DNA from: Felis catus
Lineage: Eukaryota
NCBI RefSeq assembly: GCF_018350175.1
Contig: NC_058368.1
Span: 67,024,001 to 67,088,000, forward strand
DNA length: 64,000 nucleotides
Direction of reading: 5' to 3'
Below are positions 54,736 to 64,000 of the stretch, in pieces (the stretch's first letter is position 1; each line of letters opens with the position of its first letter). The position numbers and the translations under genes were made by a program. The notes below the pieces were generated by a model. That model saw only the letters and a list, made by a program, of their open reading frames with translations. It was not told the DNA's origin and did no database searches.

Positions 54736-55364
54736 AAAGATGCCCTTGGCTGTATGCTGGCCTCTATGGTTTCAAAGATGGATAAGGTGTGGTTCTTGAA
54801 CTTGTGTAAGCAAGGAAGATGGGAGCTAACTCTAAAGTGTCTGCTATGTGCCAGACCCTTCACACATGCTACTTCTGGCCTCTCACCAACCATCGGACAA
54901 TGGGGCAAAATAATACCAAAGGTCACATGCAGCAGCAGAACATTCCACCACATAGGAGAAGTAGCTGACTTAACATGGACCACAGCAGGACTCAGTTGGA
55001 GGAGACTTCAAATTAAATGTCTGGATGCAAAAGGGTAGCCTGGGGCCTCCAGAGCAAGGAAGATTTACCTATGGTAAATTCAAGAGCCCTACCAGCAGCA
55101 TGAGCCACCGACCCCCAGGAATTTATAGCAGTCCACCCACTACTGAGCCCCGCAAGCTCCTCCTCCGTCCAACACCCAAAGGAGAACCCTAATCAGGCTT
55201 GCTCCCTTCATTCTACATTAATTCTACCCATTACGTGCAACAAGGCCTTGGAACCTCAGAATCTACTCTGGGACAAATGAAGATGTCAGGGACGGAGCGG
55301 ACTCAAGATGCATGAGGACACAAGAGCAGACACAACCAGGCCGTGCTGCAAGAGGAAAACTCAC

Positions 55365-55574
55365 ATTCTGGCCCTCTGGACGGCCATCTTTCAGTGAGGG
55401 CCTGGAAGACTGCTGAGACCAAAGAGAAGACTCCGAGAAGCTCCGATTCTTCAGAGTGGGAGATCCTGGAGCTGGACTCTGGTCAGCCTCCTCATTTTCC
55501 TTCTTTAAAAGAGAACCGAAATCCACCCCAGATTTCAGAAACTCAGTGTAAGTCCCCTTCTGCACCATTTTGCC
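55365..55574 (-). CDS. ABCC4: ABCC4 internal exon (210 nt, ~exon 15), NBD1-TMD2 linker: [25 protein letters not shown]...RPEGQN
   Basis: ttttag| acceptor, |gtgagt donor, phase 0-0; overlaps ORF 55263..55568. Confidence 0.97.
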
Positions 55575-55806
55575 CTAAAATAAAAATAAAAGAATTTGAT
55601 GGTTCATTTACATTTGATAACATTAAACTAATGCTAATCAAAAATACTTAACTGGTCTCACATTACAATTTTCGTTAAGAAAATTATCTTTAGGTGAATT
55701 CTGGTTGACACATCTCATTCAATTCAACTGGACACAGAATGGAGCATTCCGTTCTCAGTCAAATCCTATGGTAGGTGCTGGGGGTCATATAAGAAATGTG
55801 TAACTC

Positions 55807-56070
55807 GGGGTGCCTGGGTGGCTCAGTCGGTTAAGCATCAGACTCTTGATTTTGGCCCAGGTCATGATCTCACAGTCTGTGCACAATCAAGCCCGCATCT
55901 GGCTCCACTCTATGAGCACAGAGCCTGCTTGGGATTCTCTCTCTCCTTCTCTCTCTGCCACTCCCCCACTCACACACACACTCACACACACAAATACACT
56001 CTCTGTCTCTGTCTCTCTCTCCCTCTCCCTCTCAAAATTAAGTAAATAAACTTTAATAACAACAGGAAAA
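55807..56070 (+). mobile_element. CAN-SINE with (CA)/(CT) expansion
   Basis: Head and tail present; TSD ..gtgtaact. Confidence 0.92.
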
Positions 56071-56173
56071 AAAGGTGTAACTACCACAGGCATTTAAAGC
56101 AGCAAAAAGATCAAAATAACACCAGCATTCTTCACAGAGCTATAACGAACAATCCTAAAATTTATATAGGACA

Positions 56174-56365
56174 GCGGTGCCTAGGTGGCTCAGTTGGTTA
56201 AGCATCCGACTTTGGCTCAGGTCACGATCTCACAGTTCACAGGTTCGAGCTCCACATCAGGCTCTGTGCTGATAGCTGGGAACCTGGAGCTTGCTTCGGA
56301 TTCTGTGTCTCCCTCTCTCTGCCCCTCCACTACTCACGCTCTGTCTCTCAAAAATAAACAACTCA
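56174..56365 (+). mobile_element. CAN-SINE (host copy)
   Basis: Full body; tail interrupted by a second SINE. Confidence 0.92.
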
Positions 56366-56594
56366 GGGGCGCCTGGGTGGCTCAGTCAGTTAAGCATCTG
56401 ACTTCAGCTCAGGTCACGATCTCACTGTGAGTTCGAGCCCGCGTCGGGCTCTGTGCTGACTGCTCAGAGCCTGGAGCCTGTTTCGGATTCTGTGTCTCCC
56501 TCTCTCTCTGACCCTCCCCCGTTCATGCTCTCTGTCTCAAAAATAAATAAACAGTAAAAAAAAAAAAAATTTTTTTTAAATAAATAAATAAATA
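56366..56594 (+). mobile_element. CAN-SINE nested in the tail of the previous copy
   Basis: TSD aaaaataaacaactca. Confidence 0.94.
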
Positions 56595-57089
56595 AAAATA
56601 AACAACTCACCCAGCGGAGCTCACTGGTGGACAAACGGTTTGCTCTGACAGTAGTAAAGTTGGGAGTAATGTCTTCAGAAAAAAACAGTAAGGGGACCCC
56701 GAAACATCCAGACTCTGGCTAAATAGGCTGTTGGTTCTATATTCATAACCCCGCCAACGCTGGGGTTTTACCTGACTCCATCATCCCCTCTGCACATGAA
56801 ACTAAATGTTTTCCAGTTCGGGGAATCAGAGCGTCCTATTCCCAGAGGACTGCAGGAGTCGACACAGGTAACTGCTCCCAAGAGGCAGACACTCTGCACT
56901 CTCGTCATCTTTCTTAGGGCAGAATTTCATCTGATGTCATGAGGATCTGAGCGAGGGCCAGCTGGAGCAGACCAGGGTTCATGACCGAGGTGCTAAGGCT
57001 CAGAGGTAAACAAGCCAAGGAGTGAAACATCAAACAACTACTAAGCCTGGAAAATTCTCAGTAACCCCCACCCTGGGACCCATGCTAGC

Positions 57090-57530
57090 TCTTGGGGGTT
57101 GAATGATGGCTCCACCAGAAAGACACATTCAAGGCCCAAACACGATACCTACGAATGTGACCTAATTTTGAATAGGATCTTTGTAGATGTGATCAAGCTG
57201 AAGTCATACTGGAGTAGGATGGACCCCAAATCCAGTATGACCGACGTCCTTCTAAGAGGAAAGACTCAGACGCGGTGAACACCATGTGACAAGAGAGGCA
57301 GAGACCACGGTGTTGCAGTGGCAAGCCAAGAACACCAAGGACAGCTGGCTAACACCAGTGGCTGGAAGAGGTGATGAAGGATTCCCCACAAGAGCCTTCA
57401 CAAGAGCATGGCCCTGCCAGCACCTTGATTTTGGACTGGTAGGCTCCAGAAGGGTGATGATGATAGACTTCTGTTACTCAATCCATGCAGTGTGTGGTAA
57501 TTTGTTATGGTAGCTCCAGAAACTGATACA
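57090..57530 (+). mobile_element. MLT1-type MaLR solo LTR
   Basis: gggttgaat..gaatgtgacctaattt..ccttgattttggact..gtggtaatttgttatggtagc..aactgataca. Confidence 0.88.
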
Positions 57531-57630
57531 CTAATCTGAGCCCATGATTCCATCTTCTGAACTTTACTGAGACTTCTAATTGCTTCTGCTGTTGCCCCTC
57601 CAGCAAACATCAAGAGAGGTCTTTTAAAAA

Positions 57631-57836
57631 TTATTTTAACCTTTATTCATTTTTGAGAGACAGAGAGAAAGAGTGCAAGCAGGTGTGGGGCAGAGAGAGA
57701 GGGAGACACAGAATCCGAAGCAGGCTCCAGGCTCTGAGCAGTCAGCACAGAACCTCATGCAAAGCTTGAACTCACGAACTGTGAGATCATGACCCGAGCC
57801 GAAGTCACTTAGCCAAATGAGCCACCCAGGTGCCCC
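57631..57836 (-). mobile_element. CAN-SINE
   Basis: TSD aagag(ag/gg)..tcttttaaaa. Confidence 0.92.
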
Positions 57837-57854
57837 AAGAGGGATCTTTTAAAA

Positions 57855-58300
57855 CCATGCATCAGACCACATCACCCCTCTGCTCTGATCTATCCAATGG
57901 CTTCCAACCCACTTCCGGGCCAGCCGCCCACTGCTCTGAGCCCACCTTCCTCACACTCTCTCGCCCACAGTGCCTCAGACACACGGGTCTTCCAGACATT
58001 CTTACAACATGTGAGGTCAGTTCCTTCCTTAGGACCCCGCCGCTGGACCCCCTGCCTCAACCCCCTCCTCCAGGTGACTACACGGCCAGCACCTTCATGT
58101 CACTTAGGTCCCCTGAGGCACCAGCTCCCTGGGGAGGCAGTCATGGTATGCGCCGCCCCCTGCCCCACACATTACCCCTGTCCCCACAAGAATGGAAGCC
58201 CCACGATGGCAGGGACTTTTACTTATCACCGCCCCGGCTCTCACACATATGGGGCACACACAGGACCCTATGCCAGGAGACTAGCAACTGGCTACACGCA
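57855..58300 (+). mobile_element. L2 3' fragment
   Basis: tcagaccacatcacccctctgctc..tccaatggcttcc..aagccccacgatggcagggact. Confidence 0.7.
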
Positions 58301-58766
58301 GGACTACATGTCTCGACCAGGGGCGCTCAGCTTTCCAACCACACTTCTGTCACTAATGGAAGACGCTCTTTGGCTAAACTGCAGAAGACAAATAGAAACG
58401 AGTATGTCTCAGTCTCCCTAATTTTCAAATAATACACTTTGATTTACGTGGAAGAAGAGGAAAACAAAAGTTCTAAATAAAACAGCATCACTATCCCAAG
58501 CAATTTTACTAGAACAGTTATAATTTAGAACTCTGGGGCACCAATTTTATATATTTAGGGTAATATGGCCTAGAGCGGAACAGTTCCATTTCTACATGTC
58601 TGGATTCATGCCTAAAAGCAGGAATACCAGCTCTGGGCAGGACAGGGTACAAAACGAAGGAAGGAGAGGGAGTTTGGTACAAACCTGAGAAGAGACCTGC
58701 TGGGAGGTCTCACCTTCAACACACCTGAGTGCTAGCAAGTCCCACAGATGTCTAGAAATTACTTAC

Positions 58767-58863
58767 ATCTTTCAATATCAGAATCTGACTTGCAGCTTTT
58801 AGGTACTGCAACTGATGAGTCACTAAGACTGTGATCTTCTCGTGCAAGGTTTGACAAATACAC
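58767..58863 (-). CDS. ABCC4: ABCC4 internal exon (97 nt, ~human exon 14), end of NBD1: [32 protein letters not shown]
   Basis: tttatag| acceptor and |gtaagt donor; contains the NBD H-loop 'LVTHQLQYL'. Absent from the ORF track; translated by hand. Confidence 0.96.
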
Positions 58864-59889
58864 CTATAAATATAAAAGGTACAGTAAGCAAAAACCACGT
58901 TAATGGGGGTGCTTCAAATTGAAAAACACACATTTTCAAAACACATAGAGACAAAGACAACACACTAGTCAAAGATTTGTAGTTTAAAAACCAATATAAA
59001 TACAGATACAAATCAAATACAAATGTAAATCACTGGGAACCTAACGAGGTCCTCGAATTTATCCACCAACTTGAGTCTAGTTCTGCTAAGAAATTCCAAA
59101 AAGCAGTCCAGTGAAGGAGACGCCAAGAGCTAACTAACATTTTTCCCCCCTAAAACTCAGCTTAACAATTATTTATATATTTCATGGTGAAAAAACAATT
59201 GAGCAATAGTGAGATTCCAAAACCGACTGAATGAAACTACTAGTGTTTCATCCCTGTGTATGACTGGGTGAAGGAGGGATCTAAGTTATACAAAAATGTA
59301 CATTTTTCTTAGTTTGCTAGGTAATTGATTTATGATGTAATATTAACCAAAAAAAAAAAAATCTTAAATTCTCAGTAACCTTCTTCCCAAAGTGCATTTT
59401 CTAGACACTTTCTAGACATACTTCCTAAATACTATTAGAAAACAAAGACTGGCATGTCCTCAATTAGTGTTTACAATATCCCCACAGTCCCATCCAGAAC
59501 ACTAAACCATCTTTCAGTCGGACTGAAAACCTTCTGAATATGAATACGAAAGAAGAGAATCCAAGGGGCCAAAATCATAGTGGAAATCATTCAACAGCTC
59601 AAAGGACACACCAGTCCTCTTAGCCAAGAGCCCCATCAGCACTCAAGTAGGTTTTTTACAGTAACTCCTCAAAGTGCTCCTCGTTTTAAATGCACACCCC
59701 TAAGGACTGCACTCCAGCCTGCACCCCACCATGGTCCACAACCTGTCCAGGTCAGCACATAGCCTGAGACGGGGCCATCTGACCAGAGGCAGGGCCCTAG
59801 GCATATGCTCTGGGTGACAGAGCCCCTTGCACAGCAAATCTCAGGAACGTGGGCCCCAACTCAACCTGCTGATGTAGGTCAGATCAAGA

Positions 59890-60030
59890 GTTCTGCAGGC
59901 ACCCAGACTGCAGTTCAAATTCCCCTTACTAGCCTGGCGATGTCAGGTGAGCTAACAGACCTCTCTCTGAACCTCAGTTCCTTCATCTCAAAATAAGGCA
60001 GATGACAACCCATAGGTATGTTCTAAGAAC
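59890..60030 (+). mobile_element. MIR fragment
   Basis: gttcaaattcc..cttactagc..acctctctctgaacctcagttccttcatctcaaaat. Confidence 0.75.
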
Positions 60031-60463
60031 ACTAATCCACTCAGTCAATGTTAGGTCCATTCTCTACCTTCCCTAACCCACAAGTGGCCCTTTGGTTTGG
60101 ACTCAGGACAGTGTCAGGGGACACTTCTGAAACTGGACCTGAGATCAGAAGCAAGACCCCAGGATGTAGGTATATATACTATTATTCCATTCTTTACATC
60201 CAGGAGGATTAATGTTTCCCTTTTGAAAGGTCTTGGTGTGGCTTTTATTCCTAAGTTTCCTGAGCGAGTAAACCCCTCTTCAGGCTTAGCGTGTTTAAGG
60301 GAACTGTTACCTCTTAATTCAAAATTCCCTGCTGGCAATCCCTGAAGACAGATGTTAACCACATCTGATGGGTTGCTGCGTCCAAGATGGGCCAATGCAA
60401 AACTTTTAAAATGTTTTCTTCCTAACATTCCACCAAACACGAGGAAATATAAAGAGAATTACA

Positions 60464-60704
60464 GGGGCGCCTGGGTGGCTCAGTCGGTTAAGCGTCCAAC
60501 TTCACCTCAGGTAACGATCTCGTGGTCCGTGAGTTTGAGCCCCGCGTCAGGCTCTGGGCTGATGGCTCAGAGCCTGGAGCCTGCTTCCGATTCTGTGTGT
60601 CTCCCTCTCTCTCTGCCCCTCCCCCATTCATGCTCTGTCTCTCTCTCTGTCCCAAAAATAAATAAACGTTAAAAAAAAAATTTTTTTTTTTTTTAAATAA
60701 AATA
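60464..60704 (+). mobile_element. Feline CAN-SINE (host copy)
   Basis: TSD ataaagagaattaca encloses both this copy and the next. Confidence 0.95.
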
Positions 60705-60955
60705 GGGGCGCCTGAGTGGCGCAGTCGGTTAAGCGTCCGACTTCAGCCAGGTCACGATCTCGCGGTCCACGAGTTCGAGCCCCGCGTCAGGCTCTGGGCT
60801 GATGGCTCGGAACCTGGAGCCTGTTTCCGATTCTGTGTCTCCCTCTCTCTCTGCCCCTCCCCCATTCATGCTCTGTCTCTCTCTGTCCCAAAAATAAATA
60901 AACGTTGAAAAAAAAAAATTAAAAAAATAAATAAATAAAATAAAATAAAATAAAA
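60705..60955 (+). mobile_element. Young feline CAN-SINE in the tail of the previous copy
   Basis: gtggcgcagtcggttaagcgtccgacttcagccaggtcacg subfamily; aaataaaata flanks. Confidence 0.95.
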
Positions 60956-61204
60956 ATAAAGAGAATTACAATGATGTTATCAGGTGATGGCTCTAAATTT
61001 TTCTAAATTATGTTTTTTAATCAAAATCTCTAGGAAAATACTCTACTTGCCAAATTTTTAACAGTAAAAATTTCCAAGCCATGCCATTAAAAAAAAAAAA
61101 TGAAGGATCAGTAACAAGTTATTCAACCTTTATCCTGTGTAAGGGCTGTGTTAAGAGGGCACATGTACTGTGGTAGAGGGGATACAAATAAGACAGTCAC
61201 TACC

Positions 61205-61520
61205 CTCATTCATTCAATCGACAGACCTCTGTTGAGGTACCAGGTACTCTAAGTGCCAAGGACATCTACAGGTCAAGAAAACAGACAACACTGTGAAGAG
61301 GGAGGCACATTAAATAAATACAGAAAGTGCACTCTTGGGTCGTGATGTATGCTATGAGGAAAAAGCAAGGTGAGGGCTGCAATCTTGGATGTAGGGGACA
61401 CACGGACCATGAGCATATCTGGGGGAAACATTCCTGGAAGAAGGTACAGCAGGTGCAGTGGCTCTGGGAGAGAGACCTGCTGCGCAAAGGTGCCTTCGTG
61501 CATTCACAGTGAGTCAGGGG
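61205..61520 (-). mobile_element. L2 3' end
   Basis: cattcattcaa..gttgaggtaccaggtactctaagtgc..gagcatatctgggggaaacattcc. Confidence 0.7.
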
Positions 61521-62879
61521 TAGGGGGGACTCATCAGTGCTCAAGTACAGCCCACTGAGGGCTGTGGGAAGATGAAAGGGCACAGGCCACCCCCTGGAGA
61601 AACGGGAGGGAAAGGTGGCAGCGGCGTCTTCTTTGTCCTGGCACACTGGCCCCCGGGCTCCCGGACAGAAGGAACAGGATCTGTACAGACAGGCAGGTAG
61701 GAGGAAGGGACACAGCTCATTCAGGGCACTGCACGAGAGAGCCAGCGTGGCCGGAGTAGGGAGTTTGCGTGAGGAAGTGCTGGAAGTGCAAATGGGTCAG
61801 ACTGCAAAGAATCTTTTTCGCCACTTGAGGATGCTGAGCTGCGCCCTGAGCATGAAGGGGGTCCGTGGAGGCCTGAGGCGGCAAAGGTGAACAGAGTAGG
61901 CAGTAGTGGGGCAGATCCAGTTAGGACAGACTGGAACTGATTACGCAGAAGTGAGGGTCTAGGGATATGGGGCTCTCTAAAATAAGACAGGATCCACCGC
62001 TCCAACAGGTTACATGCGCTTCTGTTCACCCGAGGGCCTCCAACCTTCCACATGTGATAGAATCCACGTCGATGTTTACAGCATATAGTTGTAAGACTCG
62101 CAAACCTTAATAACCTTGGATATATATTCACGACCGAAGTAAACTGCTAATGGCAAGCAGAAGTGTAACTCATTCACTTTTAATACAAAACACTTCACAT
62201 CTCTGAGCTTCAACACAACCGCCATCTTTCATAGTATATTGTTCAGTCCAATTTTCTAGCTCGTTGAGAACATTCTCCAGCTGCTGCTGAGTGATTTCCT
62301 AAATTGCATTCGTGCTCCCTGCCCTAAGTTTCCCCAAAGAACGTGGTTCTGATTAGCAAACAACAATTTTAACAAGCTTGCTTCTATCAAGTGTATATCC
62401 AAAGCCATTAAACCCGAAAGGTGCGAGAGGACTTTATAAATACCTCCTGGGTTCAAAGAAGAACCCGGGAGAGTTTCTGTGATAAGCACAATGATACTTG
62501 GCAATTAGAAGGTCATCTTCTCCCCTCCCAAGTGACACAAACTCAATGGCCAGCGGAAACTGTTCTTATAGCGATAGAGAGCTTGTGCGCAATACCCACC
62601 CCCCGCCCAGGTTGGGGAGACACATTTGTGAGCCCGGGGGTGGGGGGGCACTGGGGACAGGGAGGCTGGGCTACTCCTGATGCCACCGAGGGAGGGGGTT
62701 GGAATCTCTGTCACCGAACTCACTAACAAGCCACAAGGCACTTCCCTAAGGGAAAATTCATCCAGTGGCGATCAGGAAGGGATGGGCAAGGAGGTCGGAT
62801 CAAAGAGCTGGAGGCCATGTCAGGTATCAGCTGCTCGGCTCTCTGCATTCTGAAAAATTCAATGCTGCCATGCTTCTTT

Positions 62880-63030
62880 TTTTCTTTAATTACAGTAAAA
62901 TAAATAGAAGATCTACGATTTTAACCATCTTTAAGCATAGAGCTCAGCAGCATTACGGACACTCACACCGTTGTGCAACCATCACCACCACCCATCTCCA
63001 GAACTTGTCATCATCCCAAAACGAAACACT
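62880..63030 (-). mobile_element. Old L1M 3' terminal fragment
   Basis: ttaaccatctttaag..ttgtgcaaccatcaccaccacccatctccagaact..catcccaaa. Confidence 0.85.
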
Positions 63031-63170
63031 TGGTACATACACGCTCTAGGGGAGAAATGACAGGAACCCACACTCAGGGGACACGGAGTCCCAGCTCCTC
63101 GTATCCAGAACGCAGAACTGCCTCACACTGCTCTCTCTGCTAGAATCTCTTTACTTTGCTACTTGGGACT

Positions 63171-63475
63171 TGTTGTAAATGAACTGTGTCCTCCCCAAAA
63201 TTCACATGTTGATGCCTTAAGCCCCCAATACTTTAGAATTTGGTGACAGGGCCTTCAAGGGGTAATTAAGTGAAAATGAGGCCTTGATGACAGGTCCTTA
63301 TCCAATCTGACTGGTGTCCTTAGAAGAGATTAGGACATAAGGAAAAAGACACCATGGGTGCACGCGCACAGAGGAGGGGCCGTGTGAGGACACAGCAAGG
63401 GGGCGGCCATCAGCCAGCCACGGAGAGAGGTCTCAGGAGAAACGAAGGGGCCGACACCCTGGTCTGGACTTTCAA
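63171..63475 (+). mobile_element. MLT1-type MaLR LTR (3'-truncated)
   Basis: gaactgtgtcctccccaaaattcacatgttga..tccaatctgactggtgtcctta..gtgaggacacagcaag..gacaccctggtctggactt. Confidence 0.85.
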
Positions 63476-64000
63476 CATCATTTGCAAGAACCTCTACCTC
63501 CGTGCACACATTAGGGCTTCAGGAAATGCACTTGAAAGCGCTCACCGGCTTTAATAACAGTAAGCTAACTGTGGGGTAGATCTGGATGCTGTTTTAGCAA
63601 GAGTGAGCTCACGATGCTTCTGCATACGCCAGTCTACACTCAGTCCACAGGAAGCATCAGTCACGTATGTTAGCTTCCAGTACTTACATCAGTGGTTTCA
63701 CGACTGAGCAAGAGCTGATGAAAACCAATTCCCAAAACACAAAGTGACAGCCAGGAGATAAGCTAGATTCTGGGTATCTAGTTTCAAATTCAAGTTACCC
63801 CTACATGTGGGGGCCCTTACCTATTAATTTTAAGAATCCATGAAGCAACACTCAATTATTGAAACCATCCTGTGATACGGGATAAGTCATTCTTAAACTA
63901 TTCTAGACTTTACCAAGTACTTCCTAACCTACGGGATAATTAGCACAAACCAGCAAACTGCACTTCTAAATGTGCCATCAACAAAAATGATGAAGGAAAA

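Noticed and set aside
57830..58432. Overlapping 200-aa and 174-aa ORFs
   Set aside because: Lie on an L2 fragment; Pro-rich by composition.
63800..63900. Donor-like site (cttacc) as a possible upstream ABCC4 exon
   Set aside because: Adjacent sequence does not encode the expected Walker B/D-loop..RHLFEL peptide; that exon lies beyond the window.

Overview
Mammalian genomic DNA, most likely felid or feliform given about 30 CAN-SINEs of the feline SINEC_Fc type. The whole window lies inside ABCC4 (MRP4) on the minus strand. Seven internal coding exons (58863-58767, 55574-55365, 53522-53382, 52761-52724, 52333-52239, 50421-50275, 7443-7364; 808 nt) have AG/GT boundaries and join in one uninterrupted frame. 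They cover the end of NBD1, the linker and the start of TMD2 up to ICL3, and correspond to human exons 14-20 as I recall the numbering. A 42.8-kb intron separates the last two. The rest is intronic: CAN-SINEs (many with TSDs, several nested or tandem), L1 3' ends, L2/MIR fossils, MLT1 LTRs, MER5A1, a Tigger-like MITE and microsatellites. I cannot support a new biological system here. The most notable observation is a Gly replacing the Arg of the ABCC '[10 protein letters not shown]' motif, giving the CFTR-type '[10 protein letters not shown]', in an exon with unusually high GC3 and CpG content. Also worth checking are a strong SINE orientation bias, inverted SINE pairs, and candidate intronic enhancers and cryptic exons. 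Repeat family names and human/CFTR comparisons are from memory, not from searches, and repeat boundaries are approximate.
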